DNA of 39,576 bases from an uncultured euryarchaeote (GCA_964014165.1 CAXGZM010000003.1:1-39576); one strand, 5' to 3'; shown: positions 1-9,621, counted from the stretch's first letter. Notes: generated from the letters alone by a model not told the origin. Numbers and translations: made by a program.

Positions 1-44
1 CACCCTATACCTCGTCGGCAGCGTCAGATGTGTATAAGAGACAG
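1..44 (+). other. Illumina Nextera i5/Read1 adapter contamination (not biological)
   Basis: 12-44 is an exact TCGTCGGCAGCGTCAGATGTGTATAAGAGACAG. It is preceded by CAC (end of the P5 primer) and an 8-nt index-like CCTATACC. On the minus strand it translates to the artefactual LSLIHI* tail. Confidence 0.98.
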
Positions 45-878
45 CAGGTGGTCTTCGAACACGGCAAACTTGCCAGGGTTTGGCAGCGCATAGCTCTCGC
101 CATATTCCTCCTGAAGGAAGGTGTGGACCTGAGCGGTGGTGAATTCGTGCGAATAGCCGCCCTGCACTTGCGCAATGACAGGGTCTCCGGGTTTCACACA
201 CTGACCGTCAGGTTGGCCGACCAGGTTGCGGCTGATGATGCGCTCTGCCATGGTCATCGGGCGTTGGCCGGTGTCAAGGGGCGCGAGGTCCAATTCGCTT
301 GCCTTGAGGGCCTTGGCGAAGGGGAACAGACCGCCGTACTCCACGATGAGTTGTGTGACCGGATCGTAGCGGCCGGTGAACTCCGCAAGAGGAATCGACT
401 CGCCGTTTTGCAAGCGCTCGAGCATGGCGTGGTCGCCCATCAGTTGGCCGAGGTTGATGTTGTTGCGCTCGTGAATGGGCGCAAAGGAGGCGGCGATGAC
501 GATGCCGATGCCAGCCCACCGTTCGCACTGCGCGGCCGTCTCTCGGCTTGAGCCGGTGCCTTTGCGCTGGCCAGAGACGATGACTTCGAAATTCCCGTCC
601 TTCAGCGCGTTCTCTCTGAACACCCGCAGACCGTTGTGCATGAGACCAGCGTAGGCATTTTTGGCAATCTCGGCCGGATCGTGGTCGAAGCAAACCCAAG
701 CCGGCGTCATGACGTCCGTGTTGATGTCGTCCAGCAGGTCGTCAACCGTCAAATCCTCCATGCGAAGGTTGAGCCCGTCGTAGAGCTGTTGCTTGATGAG
801 GTCCAAATCTTTGGTCAGGAACAGCACGCGTTTCCCCGGCGTCAGGGCGATGTGTTCCGGTGGTCGGTTGGCGCCCAT
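45..878 (-). CDS. Aconitase/isopropylmalate dehydratase family protein, swivel (LeuD-like) domain fused N-terminal to a LeuC-like domain; 3'-truncated at the contig end
   Basis: LeuD-like motifs DDINTDVMTP, GTGSSRE and AASFAPIHERN, followed by the LeuC-like start MTMAERII...VKPGD...SHEFT...VFEDH. The frame runs into the adapter. Confidence 0.85.
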
Positions 879-974
879 GATTCCCCCTCAATCCGGTTCA
901 CGCGTCACCCGTTCATAATCGGTTCGGGAACGCAGAGTGGCGTTGAGAACCCGACACGCATCACCGGTTGGTTC

Positions 975-1640
975 ATGTGGTTTGGTCCTCTAAGCCCGAC
1001 CGTGCTTGCCGACCTGCTGTGCATGTTGATGTTCTTCGGATTGGTCGTGTACTTTGGCTTGGTCCGCACCCGGCGGTTCCGAACCAACTACAACACCATG
1101 CTTCTCGGGTTTGCGCAGCAATTTGGATTTGAGTTCAACCCCAATCACGCATGGAACGGGACGGTCATGAGCGGCATGTTGGGCCCGTATCGATGCAACG
1201 TGTGGTTCGAAACGGTTCGACGTAGAAGCCGAAGAAACCGCTCGTCGACCTACATGCACGTCACTGTCGTCCGGCGCACCCCTCTCAATCTCGGGCTTTC
1301 CATCGCGCCGCAGGGGTTCCTCACCGAAGGCCTTCGGCTTCCCGACAGCATGACCGGAAACCAAGACTTGATCGTCGGGCATGACGCCTTCGACGCCACC
1401 TACCGAATCAAGGGGTTCAACGAAGCGGCGGTCCGGGCGTATTTGACGCCGCATCGCATCAATGCGATCATGCAGACGCAATCAGCGCTTGGACCCCTTC
1501 AACGCCTCTCCATCACCGACCAAGAGGTCGCCGTTCGATTCCCCGGGGTCATGAAGGAGTTGCAAATGGTCGCCAACTCGACCACGGCGCTGGGTTGGCT
1601 GCTGGAACAACTCGAAAGCGAAGCGACCTCATCTGCTTAA
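975..1640 (+). CDS. Hypothetical membrane-anchored protein
   Basis: N-terminal hydrophobic helix (LLCMLMFFGLVVYFGLV) then a soluble domain. ATG 975 chosen within ORF 636..1640 to avoid overlap with the divergent gene. Confidence 0.7.
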   Translation: MWFGPLSPTVLADLLCMLMFFGLVVYFGLVRTRRFRTNYNTMLLGFAQQFGFEFNPNHAWNGTVMSGMLGPYRCNVWFETVRRRSRRNRSSTYMHVTVVRRTPLNLGLSIAPQGFLTEGLRLPDSMTGNQDLIVGHDAFDATYRIKGFNEAAVRAYLTPHRINAIMQTQSALGPLQRLSITDQEVAVRFPGVMKELQMVANSTTALGWLLEQLESEATSSA

Positions 1641-1716
1641 TCAAGTGGTCGAGCAGAAAAACATCGAAACCCATCGACCGTGAAGATAGAATGAGGCGTT
1701 GAAATCAATCATCAAG

Positions 1717-1747
1717 TATAAATAGAAATTCCAAAAGGGGTTAAATA
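1717..1747 (+). promoter_or_regulatory. Archaeal TATA-box candidates upstream of tfb
   Basis: TATAAATA at 1717-1724, and TTAAATA at 1741-1747 preceded by the purine-rich BRE-like CCAAAAGGGG, in an AT-rich intergenic region. Confidence 0.6.
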
Positions 1748-1783
1748 GGTTCGCACAACGATGCGAACACGTGTGGGATAGAA

Positions 1784-2710
1784 ATGGATGATCAACAAGT
1801 CGAAGACATTGTCAAGTGCCCTGAATGTGGAAGCCGATCGCTCTCTCGAGACGAGACCCGTGGTGAGGTCGTCTGCGACGACTGTGGACTGGTGTTGGAA
1901 GACAACGTCATCGACCAGGGCGCCGAGTGGCGTGTCTTTTCTCCCGAGCAAGGCGACCAGCGCGCTCGTACCGGTGCGCCCATGACCGTGATGCTTCACG
2001 ACAAAGGGCTGTCCACCGACATCGACTGGCAAAACAAGGACTACTCCGGGAAGACCATCAATTCCCGTTACCGCTCGCAATTCTATCGCATGCGAAAGTG
2101 GCAGAAGCGCAGCCGTGTGAGCAACGCCACCGAGCGCAACCTCGCCATGGCTCTCGCTGAGTTGGACCGCATGGCCAGCCGCCTTGAGTTGCCCAAGTCC
2201 GTTCGTGAAGCAGCCGCTGTGAACTACAAGAAAGCCGTTGACAAGCGCCTGATTCGTGGTCGCTCCATCGAAGGCGTCGCTGCTGCCTCGCTCTACGCCG
2301 CTTGCCGCCAGTGTGGCGTACCCCGAACCCTTGACGAAATCGGTCAAGCCTCCCGAACCGGCCGCAAAGAAATCGGCCGAACCTACCGGTTCATGGTTCG
2401 TGAACTCAAGATGAAAATCATGCCCACCGGTCCTGAGGATTACATCTCCCGATTCTGTTCTGGACTCGGCCTCGACGCTGACGTGGAAGCCAAGGCCTAC
2501 GAACTCATCAAGGCCGCCCAGGAAAAGGAATTGACCAGCGGGCGCGGCCCCACCGGCATCGCTGCCTCCATCATTTACATCGCTTCGGTGCTGTGCGGAA
2601 AGCGCCGCACCCAACGTGAAGTGGCCGAGGTCGCCGGCGTGACCGAAGTCACCATCCGAAATCGATACAAGGAACTGATTCAGAACTTGAACATCGAACT
2701 TGACATCTGA
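1784..2710 (+). CDS. tfb: Transcription initiation factor IIB (TFB)
   Basis: Zn ribbon CPECG...CDDCG, B-reader EWRVF, and two cyclin repeats ([14 protein letters not shown]; [13 protein letters not shown]...[12 protein letters not shown]). Confidence 0.98.
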   Translation: MDDQQVEDIVKCPECGSRSLSRDETRGEVVCDDCGLVLEDNVIDQGAEWRVFSPEQGDQRARTGAPMTVMLHDKGLSTDIDWQNKDYSGKTINSRYRSQFYRMRKWQKRSRVSNATERNLAMALAELDRMASRLELPKSVREAAAVNYKKAVDKRLIRGRSIEGVAAASLYAACRQCGVPRTLDEIGQASRTGRKEIGRTYRFMVRELKMKIMPTGPEDYISRFCSGLGLDADVEAKAYELIKAAQEKELTSGRGPTGIAASIIYIASVLCGKRRTQREVAEVAGVTEVTIRNRYKELIQNLNIELDI

Positions 2711-2740
2711 GTCCTCCGTTAAACGACGGGCGTCCACGAG

Positions 2741-4213
2741 GTGAACAGCGTGAGCAAGAGCCGAACCAAAATTTCCGACGAGGCCTTTGAGCGCGTCGCA
2801 ACCGGGTTGGTCGAAGCGCTCGAACGCGGCACGGAGGCGTGGCCTCTCCCCGAACCGCCCATGAGCGACCCGGATTTCCCTCCCATCCCGCCAACCTCGC
2901 CGCACCGTCTTTTCGAAGAGGGTCTGGGCATCCTGAACATCGACCGAGGCATGTTTGACCGCCACCTCAACACGGTGGTTGACCTCATCGTTCCGCACCG
3001 CATGAACCTCAGCGACGACCCGTTTGAAATTCATCAGAAGTGGTTGAGCCGGCGCATGGACGACGTTGCTCATCGCTTGCTCTTCCACATCGCCACCGAC
3101 TGGCTGGCCCAGGCCTTCGATCCCCATGCACCCAACACCGACCGCTGGTGGTTGAGCATCGCACTGCTCAACGGCTTGGCGACGGTGCCGTACGGTCAAC
3201 CGGTCCACCAAGGCTACCACCTCGTGGAATCCATCGCCCTGGCTGAACGTCCCGGTACCTGGCACACCCAACCGGATGCAGGCCCGCAGCACATGGACTG
3301 GAACCCGCACGCCGTGGTGCCTCGCATGTCCAGTGCAGTCGTGGCGCACGAGCGCGGTGTGGAAGCCGCACGGTGGGTGTTGGAACGTCTTGAGGACGGC
3401 GACCTGGACCGACGGTTGCTTCTGCTGGAATGGGTTCGCCTTCTGCTCGAGCGAGCACCGCTCATCGAGCCACTGGGTCTCAAGGACATTTTGCTTCGAA
3501 GGGCCTCGGATCCGGTGGCGGAAGTCGCCAACAAAGTCACGCTCTGCCTCGCCAAGGCCATTGAAGGTGACCGCGACTTCGGTCATCAACTCGCCTTGCG
3601 ACTCCACGAGCGGGAGGAGACGCTGGTTCGGCGAGCCATGGCCGACGTGCTCACTCGCTTGTTCCGTCGACTGACCTGGGATGCCCTCCCGCTCCTCGAC
3701 GACATGCTCACCTCGGAAGACGAAGGGGTGTTGGCGGCTGCCAGCGCCACGGTGGGCGACGTCAAGTACCTCGACAAAGATCAGTGGGCCGACCGTTTGC
3801 GACAACTGGCGGACCACCCACTGGCCATCGTTCGACGGAACCTTGTTCCGAACCTGCGCGAGTACATTGAATTCGACCCTGCCGACACCCGCGGGCTCTT
3901 CCACGAATTGTGGAAGGACGGAGATGAAGTCGTTCGAACACGCCTGCGCGAATTGATGTTGCGGATGGAAGAAGTTGCTCCGGACCGTTTTGCGGCCCAG
4001 GTCAAGGCCCTGCATGACGCCAATATCGATCTCGATCCGCTTTGGGAACCGCTGACCTTGCGCCGTTCGGAGCGAAGCAAAGCATGGCAGGCCTGGTTGG
4101 CTGGGAAGGGAGAACAACCCTCCGGCGATCAGCGACCCGTACACGTGTCCCAAATGGAGGCACCGGACGAGCTTCCAGAACTGGACGATGCCCTGCGTTC
4201 CCTTGACGAGTGA
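2741..4213 (+). CDS. Hypothetical protein with C-terminal HEAT/ARM-like repeats
   Basis: 490 aa, GTG start 30 nt after tfb. Repeating helical units such as ASDPVAEV, EETLVRRAMA, ADHPLAIVRR and KDGDEVVR. Confidence 0.75.
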   Translation: MNSVSKSRTKISDEAFERVATGLVEALERGTEAWPLPEPPMSDPDFPPIPPTSPHRLFEEGLGILNIDRGMFDRHLNTVVDLIVPHRMNLSDDPFEIHQKWLSRRMDDVAHRLLFHIATDWLAQAFDPHAPNTDRWWLSIALLNGLATVPYGQPVHQGYHLVESIALAERPGTWHTQPDAGPQHMDWNPHAVVPRMSSAVVAHERGVEAARWVLERLEDGDLDRRLLLLEWVRLLLERAPLIEPLGLKDILLRRASDPVAEVANKVTLCLAKAIEGDRDFGHQLALRLHEREETLVRRAMADVLTRLFRRLTWDALPLLDDMLTSEDEGVLAAASATVGDVKYLDKDQWADRLRQLADHPLAIVRRNLVPNLREYIEFDPADTRGLFHELWKDGDEVVRTRLRELMLRMEEVAPDRFAAQVKALHDANIDLDPLWEPLTLRRSERSKAWQAWLAGKGEQPSGDQRPVHVSQMEAPDELPELDDALRSLDE

Positions 4214-4214
4214 T

Positions 4215-4628
4215 TCATTCTTCCTCGTCCACCAGCGGGCCCATTGTAATCGCCCACACGTACAGTCCGTTCATGATGGCCATGATGCCGATCAGTGTGG
4301 TGAGCAAGCCCGCCGGTTCTGGCACCACGCCCTCATCGTCAAACATCCGAACGCCGCGCGTCACCACCAAACAAGCCAAGCCGAACACGACCACGCGAAT
4401 CCAGGTGGTTTTCGGCGAAGCCCATCGATCGACGGTGGGGGCAACGCCGAGGATGCCGAAGGTATGACCGAACCACGCCAGGTAAATCAGCACCAAACCG
4501 ATCAGGCCAAGGACGCCTCGAGAGAACGATGGCGAATCCCACGGACCGGCCGGGGCCAAACCGGTGAAGGATTGCGCCACGAGCAGAACACCCACGACGA
4601 GAAGACCCACCGTGCCTTTTCGTTCCAT
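4215..4628 (-). CDS. Hypothetical membrane protein (about 4 TM)
   Basis: Four hydrophobic segments starting at MERKGTVGLL; fills the gap between the flanking genes. Confidence 0.75.
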   Translation of the reverse strand: MERKGTVGLLVVGVLLVAQSFTGLAPAGPWDSPSFSRGVLGLIGLVLIYLAWFGHTFGILGVAPTVDRWASPKTTWIRVVVFGLACLVVTRGVRMFDDEGVVPEPAGLLTTLIGIMAIMNGLYVWAITMGPLVDEEE

Positions 4629-4680
4629 CACTTCGGGCTGAAGCGCCACGCTTGAAAGCCTGTGCCTTCTGTGGAGGGTC

Positions 4681-5544
4681 ATGGAGCCGGTTCGGGATGC
4701 TGTCCTCATCGCAGCCGGGCTCGGAACGCGAATGTTTCCAGCCAGTGCCTTCACGCCGAAGGAATCGCTCCCACTCCTTGACGTACCGCTGCTCACGCAC
4801 CTCATCTTGGAGGCCAAGGCTGCCGGCATCGAACGCCTTCACGTGGTGACTTCACCGACCAAATCCTTTGACGCCTTGCTGGAAGACCGAAGTTCACTTC
4901 ACGCACTCCGAGACCACCTCGACCCCGCACTGTTTCATGCTGCGAACGGCCTTGAGGTCATGACGCATCTTCAGCATGAGCCGAAAGGCGTGGGCAATGC
5001 ATTGCAGGCTGCGCTGGATGCGATTTCCGGACCGATGCTTGTCATGCTCGGCGACAATTTACTCATGGACACGCATGCGACATCGGTGGGTTATGCGGCG
5101 AGCCAGGCGTCAAAGCGGCTGGTTGAGGCCTTTGCTGGTACGGGCGAGGCGACCGTGGGCCTGATGGAGGTTGAAGCAGCCGCCGTGGCAAATTACGGCA
5201 TTGTTGCGATGAACGACGACCGCATCGTCGAGGTGGTCGAGAAGCCTGCACCCGAAGATGCACCCAGCCGGTTGGCCATGTGCGGCCGCTACGTGTTCCC
5301 TTCGGAGACGCAGACCTTGCTGAAGACCTACACGTACGAGGCTCACGGTGACCTTCAGAGCATCGCCCTTCAAGAGCACTGGATGCGAGCTGGGAAACTG
5401 CACGGCCTCGTGCTCGAGGACACGCAGTGGTACGATTCTGGTGCGCCGTTGCTGTGGTTGCAGGCGCAGGTTGACCATGCACTGCGTCGGGAAGACGTTC
5501 GTCAGCCCTTTGAGCAGTGGTTGAACCGTCGGCTTGGCCGTTAG
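4681..5544 (+). CDS. galU: UTP-glucose-1-phosphate uridylyltransferase-like sugar nucleotidyltransferase
   Basis: LIAAGLGTRMFP..PKE.LP, Q.EPKGVGNA, MLGDN, YGIV, VVEKP and WYDSG motifs. Confidence 0.8.
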   Translation: MEPVRDAVLIAAGLGTRMFPASAFTPKESLPLLDVPLLTHLILEAKAAGIERLHVVTSPTKSFDALLEDRSSLHALRDHLDPALFHAANGLEVMTHLQHEPKGVGNALQAALDAISGPMLVMLGDNLLMDTHATSVGYAASQASKRLVEAFAGTGEATVGLMEVEAAAVANYGIVAMNDDRIVEVVEKPAPEDAPSRLAMCGRYVFPSETQTLLKTYTYEAHGDLQSIALQEHWMRAGKLHGLVLEDTQWYDSGAPLLWLQAQVDHALRREDVRQPFEQWLNRRLGR

Positions 5545-6089
5545 CGCTGACCGGGCTTCCAAAACGTCAGGGGTTCGGGGAGTTCGCCCGATGCGTGCCG
5601 TGCCGCCAAGTGGTCAGCACGTTCGTTCCATCGATGGCCGCGGTGGGCTTTCACGTGCGCCCACGACAGTTCACGAAGCGCAGACACTTCCTCCCAGAGG
5701 GCTTGGACGTGAGCGACCAACTCTCGGTTTGCCTTGGCTTTCCATACGCCGCTCGCAAGGTTCCCGGCGTAGGTCGAATCCGCACGAATGACCGCCGGCT
5801 CGTCGCCACCCTCAATCAGCAACCATCGAAGAGCGGCTGCAAAACCGCTGAGTTCTGCCGTGTTGTTGGAACCAACCTCTGCACCGATGAAACCGTCTTG
5901 GTTTGGATCGGTAATGACCTTCCCTGCCGCTTCGTGATGGAGCTCACCCGAGCCTTTGCCGAGGCCTGAATCGCCGATGACCACCACCAAGCCCCATGCG
6001 GCTGGTGTGGACGCGTCGACGTTTTGGTTCCCCAAACACGACCCGTCAACGTACAGCATCAGGGCCGGTCGATCCGCCAATGAATTCAC
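5541..6089 (-). CDS. rnhA: Ribonuclease HI
   Basis: Catalytic motifs YVDGSC, SNNTAEL, IRADS.Y and HVKAH.G..WNERAD.LA. Confidence 0.92.
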   Translation of the reverse strand: MNSLADRPALMLYVDGSCLGNQNVDASTPAAWGLVVVIGDSGLGKGSGELHHEAAGKVITDPNQDGFIGAEVGSNNTAELSGFAAALRWLLIEGGDEPAVIRADSTYAGNLASGVWKAKANRELVAHVQALWEEVSALRELSWAHVKAHRGHRWNERADHLAARHASGELPEPLTFWKPGQR

Positions 6090-6469
6090 TCACCGATTTC
6101 GGCTTTGTAGGCAGCAGCGTCCATGAGGCCGGTGACTGCATCGGGGTTGTCAAGGGTCATCTTGACGATCCATCCGTCGCCGTACGGTGAGGAGTTCATG
6201 AGTTCAGGAGCATCTTCAAGCTCCTCGTTAACGGCGGTGATGGTGCCGGCCAGGGGAGCAAAGATGGGAGAAGCAGATTTGACGGATTCCACCACGGCGA
6301 ATTCGCCCATGTCGCCAACAGCGTCCCCTTCTTCTGGCAATTCGATGTAGACGATGTCCGTCAGCATGTCTTGTGCGTGGTCGGTGATACCGATGGTGAC
6401 CGTGTCGCCCTCAACTCGCATCCATTCGTGCTCTTTGGTGTAGTACAATCCTTCGGGGACTTCGCTCAT
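6086..6469 (-). CDS. gcvH: Glycine cleavage system H protein
   Basis: YTKEHEW, GITDHAQ, lipoyl-lysine motif VESVKSAS, and NSSPYGDGW. Confidence 0.97.
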   Translation of the reverse strand: MSEVPEGLYYTKEHEWMRVEGDTVTIGITDHAQDMLTDIVYIELPEEGDAVGDMGEFAVVESVKSASPIFAPLAGTITAVNEELEDAPELMNSSPYGDGWIVKMTLDNPDAVTGLMDAAAYKAEIGE

Positions 6470-6527
6470 GGTATCGCCTCTGAGCCAAACGAGGCAGCGA
6501 ACGCACATCAACCCTACGCTGTCGGAT

Positions 6528-6869
6528 TCAGGCCTCTTCACCGAGGTCTTGGCTGAGGACTTTTGCCTCCATGGCTGCCCACTTGGCGGTGACGTCCTCG
6601 GACCGGTGCATTTCCTCAACATCGGCACGGACACGTTTTGCCATGGCTTCCTCAGTTTCATGGGAGAACCATCGCGCCAGGGGTCCGGTGCCGTTTCCAA
6701 GCGTCCATGCCAGTCCAAAGCATACCACGGCGCCCACGAGAAGGAGTTCCAAGGCCGGAAATTGACCGCCCCAGGTTCGGCCTGATTGCAACCCGAATCC
6801 AGCGCCGAGCATCAAGCCCAAGCCAGTGCCATAGAGGAGGCGCTCCACGGCAACGTTGGGTGGGTGCAT
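6528..6869 (-). CDS. Hypothetical membrane protein (2 TM plus acidic tail)
   Basis: 113-aa ORF with two hydrophobic helices, co-directional with its neighbours; TTCATG element at -29. Confidence 0.7.
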   Translation of the reverse strand: MHPPNVAVERLLYGTGLGLMLGAGFGLQSGRTWGGQFPALELLLVGAVVCFGLAWTLGNGTGPLARWFSHETEEAMAKRVRADVEEMHRSEDVTAKWAAMEAKVLSQDLGEEA

Positions 6870-6922
6870 GCCACGGCCACCGCAGAGGGAACCATGAAGG
6901 AACCGATGGGGGAGGATGCGCC

Positions 6923-7504
6923 TCAGTAGGTCTCTCGCATCAGTTTGTGAATCTTGTAGGGCAAAAGTGCTCGATTCACCGGTGTGACTTCCAGGATACG
7001 ACCGTCATCCCGGCGGCGAATGTCTTGGAGCAGTGGGTGGCGACTTTTTTTGTGCAGGGTGAGCAAGGTTGGCATGTCAACCTCAAGTGCGCTTCGAACG
7101 GCTTGCACAAAGGCTTCGGACTCCACGGAGAACTTCCCGATCTCGTCAATTACGAGCACTTCGCAATGATGCTGGGCGTAATCGATCGCAGGCAAGGCCA
7201 CGCGATTCAATTCCTCGATGTCGATGCCGTAGCCGAGGACGCGAAGGCGTGAATCGATGTTCTTGTGAGCGATCGTGCCTTCTTCTCCCGAGACGATGTC
7301 GATGACCTTGTAGCCCATGCGCTCACCGTTTTCCAGCAGCGGTTCGGTTCGCAAACCCCCGAGGATGGGTTTCTCAGGGGAACCACCTCGCATGCTGATC
7401 TCGCGCTTGCGCTCGTCGAGCAACATGTCGAGGACCTTTTCCATCACGGCCGATTTCCCACTGCGTGGCAAGCCCGTGATGCCGATTTTTGGATGAACGC
7501 CCAT
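6923..7504 (-). CDS. THEP1/NTPase_1 family nucleoside triphosphatase
   Basis: Walker A GITGLPRSGKS and Walker B LVIDEIGK; GGAGG RBS-like sequence upstream of ATG 7504. Confidence 0.9.
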   Translation of the reverse strand: MGVHPKIGITGLPRSGKSAVMEKVLDMLLDERKREISMRGGSPEKPILGGLRTEPLLENGERMGYKVIDIVSGEEGTIAHKNIDSRLRVLGYGIDIEELNRVALPAIDYAQHHCEVLVIDEIGKFSVESEAFVQAVRSALEVDMPTLLTLHKKSRHPLLQDIRRRDDGRILEVTPVNRALLPYKIHKLMRETY

Positions 7505-7614
7505 TTTGTATTCATCCTCCGAACGGTTCGCAAGCCCAGCCACCCGCGAGGCTGCTATAAATTATCGTGTCCAAAACGCAGGTATTCGGAAATCCGCCCG
7601 GCGTATCTTCCACT

Positions 7615-9621
7615 TCAGCGGGTGAGAGTGCTGAATTGCGGAAACGATTCAGGAAGTTCGACCGGCAACATCTCCAACTCGTAATTGTTGACGTTGTTGT
7701 TGGCGGCCCAAGCACGAGCCCACTCGTCGAGGTCGTTGTTGTTGAGGTGGTCGCACAGCCACTGCAGCCCTGTTTCAACATCGGGGTGATCCTGCATCAG
7801 GCGAGTTTGAATGTCGTCGTGCAGTTCGATGTGGTTCACGCTGTTGCCCAGGACGCTGCCTTCTGGAATCACCGCCCATCGAAGGCGACGTTCTTGGTGA
7901 GCGTTCACGATGGCCTGGCAAGCGAGGCGGGGGCCGTAAGCCGGGTACTGCTCGCCCACCCACATCGCCAACTGCCGTTCGCTGGCTCGTGAGGGAATGT
8001 CGGTGCGGAACGCCGGGTGGCGAATGAACACCTGCCCGTCTTCGCTTTCCGAGAAGTGCACGCCGCGGATGAAGGGACGGCTTCGCTTACCTTTGACCCA
8101 CGTTTCGATGCTCTTGGCGTGGGCCGTTTGATCGATTTCACCCACGCGAACACGAACCTGACGTTGATTGGTCGTGAGGGGGTGCTCCTTGTCGCTCAGA
8201 CGAGGAAGTTGTGCAAGTCGGTCCAGAACCTTGAGCGTGTAGGAACGCTCCACTCGGTCGCGCGGAAGGCGAGGCACGGCCCACGTGTCGCGGGCCCATG
8301 CCGTCCATTGCTCGTGCTTGAGTTCAAATTGCGGGACGCGGGAAGACAACCCATCACCGTCTCGACGCAAATCAGCTCGAGTGATGGGGCCTTGGAGGTT
8401 GAGCATGGGCGCTTCACCTTTCGAGGTGATGCCGAGCACGACCACACCTTGTGTCATGCCGGGGAAGAGCAGGTTGGCCTCTTCGATGGCCCATGCATGC
8501 GTCCATCCGTGGTGCTTGACGAGCAACTCGCGAAGCGGGTGAGAGGATTGCTCGCGTAGCAAGCTGTCGGGGGCAATGATTCGAAGGCGCCCCCCATCGT
8601 TCAAAATCTGGAGGCTTCGCTCGATGAACAAGCGGTACAGGTTCACGTTGCCGCGCATCGTTGAGAAACGTGGGCGTCCGTTGTCGGTGAGGCCACGAAG
8701 GCGCTCGCCGAGCTCCTTGCGCAGTTGACTCCCGTCTTCCATGCCTCGGAATCGGTCCTTGATGCGAAGCCAGGGCGGGTTGGTTAACACCAGTTCAGGC
8801 GCTTGCTTCCAAGGCCAGTCGCCCTGAAGCGCATCGCCTTGCTGGACGCCGGCGTCGAGGAGAGATTCCATCTCTTTGCGAGATATTTTGCCGGGTGTTT
8901 CAGGGCCGAAACTCACGAGTTCATGGCGAATGGATTCGAGCAGAAGACGCGTTTTCGTGCTCTTGACCACGAGCGGGTCAATATCGAGGAGTTGGACGTT
9001 CGAGAACAAGCGGCGCGTGTCTTCCTTGCGCAGTTCAGGATCGGCGTCTTCGTGGGCGTCAGCATGGCGACGAATGAGGCGGGCGTGGAAGAGGCCTCCA
9101 CCGCAGGCGGTGTCGGCGACGGGAAGCGGAATACCGCTCAAAGTTCGGAGGTCGTTCTGCACGGCTGCGTGCTCGGCCTCGTCGTCAATTTCACCGTCTT
9201 GGGTGGCTTTCGGCAGGTTGAGTTGTTCAACGTGCTGGCGGAAACCCGGCGGAAGGTTACTCATCAGGAAGTTGGACTGTTGCACGGGTTTCTTGGGGTT
9301 GACCAGGCTTTCCTTCATCTCGGAGGAAAGAACCGCATCGGCGAGGCGAGGTGGCGTGGGGTGCGCCCCTCTCGGCGAGCGCCCGTCGGACTCCGCATCG
9401 TGGCGTGCAAGCAGGTGGTCGAGCACATGACCCGGGTCCGTGAGCAGGTTGGCTGGAAGGGTAGGCCAGTCTTCGGGAAGGAGGGCGGCGATGGGCTGGA
9501 AGGTCTTGAGGGACTGTTCCCACGTGGTCAACCAGATGTCGATTTGTTGTTCGCGGTTGTCAAGGCATCGGTCCAAGCGTGCGTACCAACCACTAACCCC
9601 GTTTTGCAATGTCCCCACCAA
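7615..9621 (-). CDS. N6-adenine DNA methyltransferase (gamma class, TaqI/Eco57I-like), orphan
   Basis: Motif X-like RGAHPTP, motif I ADTACGGGLF, GDAL, motif IV TNPPW, NLYRLFIERSL, and a C-terminal TRD-like region. Start codon (TTG 9621 or GTG 9618) is uncertain. Confidence 0.85.
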   Translation of the reverse strand: MVGTLQNGVSGWYARLDRCLDNREQQIDIWLTTWEQSLKTFQPIAALLPEDWPTLPANLLTDPGHVLDHLLARHDAESDGRSPRGAHPTPPRLADAVLSSEMKESLVNPKKPVQQSNFLMSNLPPGFRQHVEQLNLPKATQDGEIDDEAEHAAVQNDLRTLSGIPLPVADTACGGGLFHARLIRRHADAHEDADPELRKEDTRRLFSNVQLLDIDPLVVKSTKTRLLLESIRHELVSFGPETPGKISRKEMESLLDAGVQQGDALQGDWPWKQAPELVLTNPPWLRIKDRFRGMEDGSQLRKELGERLRGLTDNGRPRFSTMRGNVNLYRLFIERSLQILNDGGRLRIIAPDSLLREQSSHPLRELLVKHHGWTHAWAIEEANLLFPGMTQGVVVLGITSKGEAPMLNLQGPITRADLRRDGDGLSSRVPQFELKHEQWTAWARDTWAVPRLPRDRVERSYTLKVLDRLAQLPRLSDKEHPLTTNQRQVRVRVGEIDQTAHAKSIETWVKGKRSRPFIRGVHFSESEDGQVFIRHPAFRTDIPSRASERQLAMWVGEQYPAYGPRLACQAIVNAHQERRLRWAVIPEGSVLGNSVNHIELHDDIQTRLMQDHPDVETGLQWLCDHLNNNDLDEWARAWAANNNVNNYELEMLPVELPESFPQFSTLTR

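Noticed and set aside
26-44. Tn5 mosaic end (AGATGTGTATAAGAGACAG) as a natural transposon end
   Set aside because: It is embedded in the full Nextera adapter at the contig edge, with no transposase or partner end.
1712-4153. 813-aa minus-strand ORF
   Set aside because: Antisense shadow of tfb and the HEAT gene, expected from GC-rich codon bias; no recognisable motifs.
6470-6718. N-terminal extension of GcvH (210-aa ORF)
   Set aside because: It overlaps the upstream gene. The canonical start MSEVP at 6469 has a GAGG RBS-like sequence.
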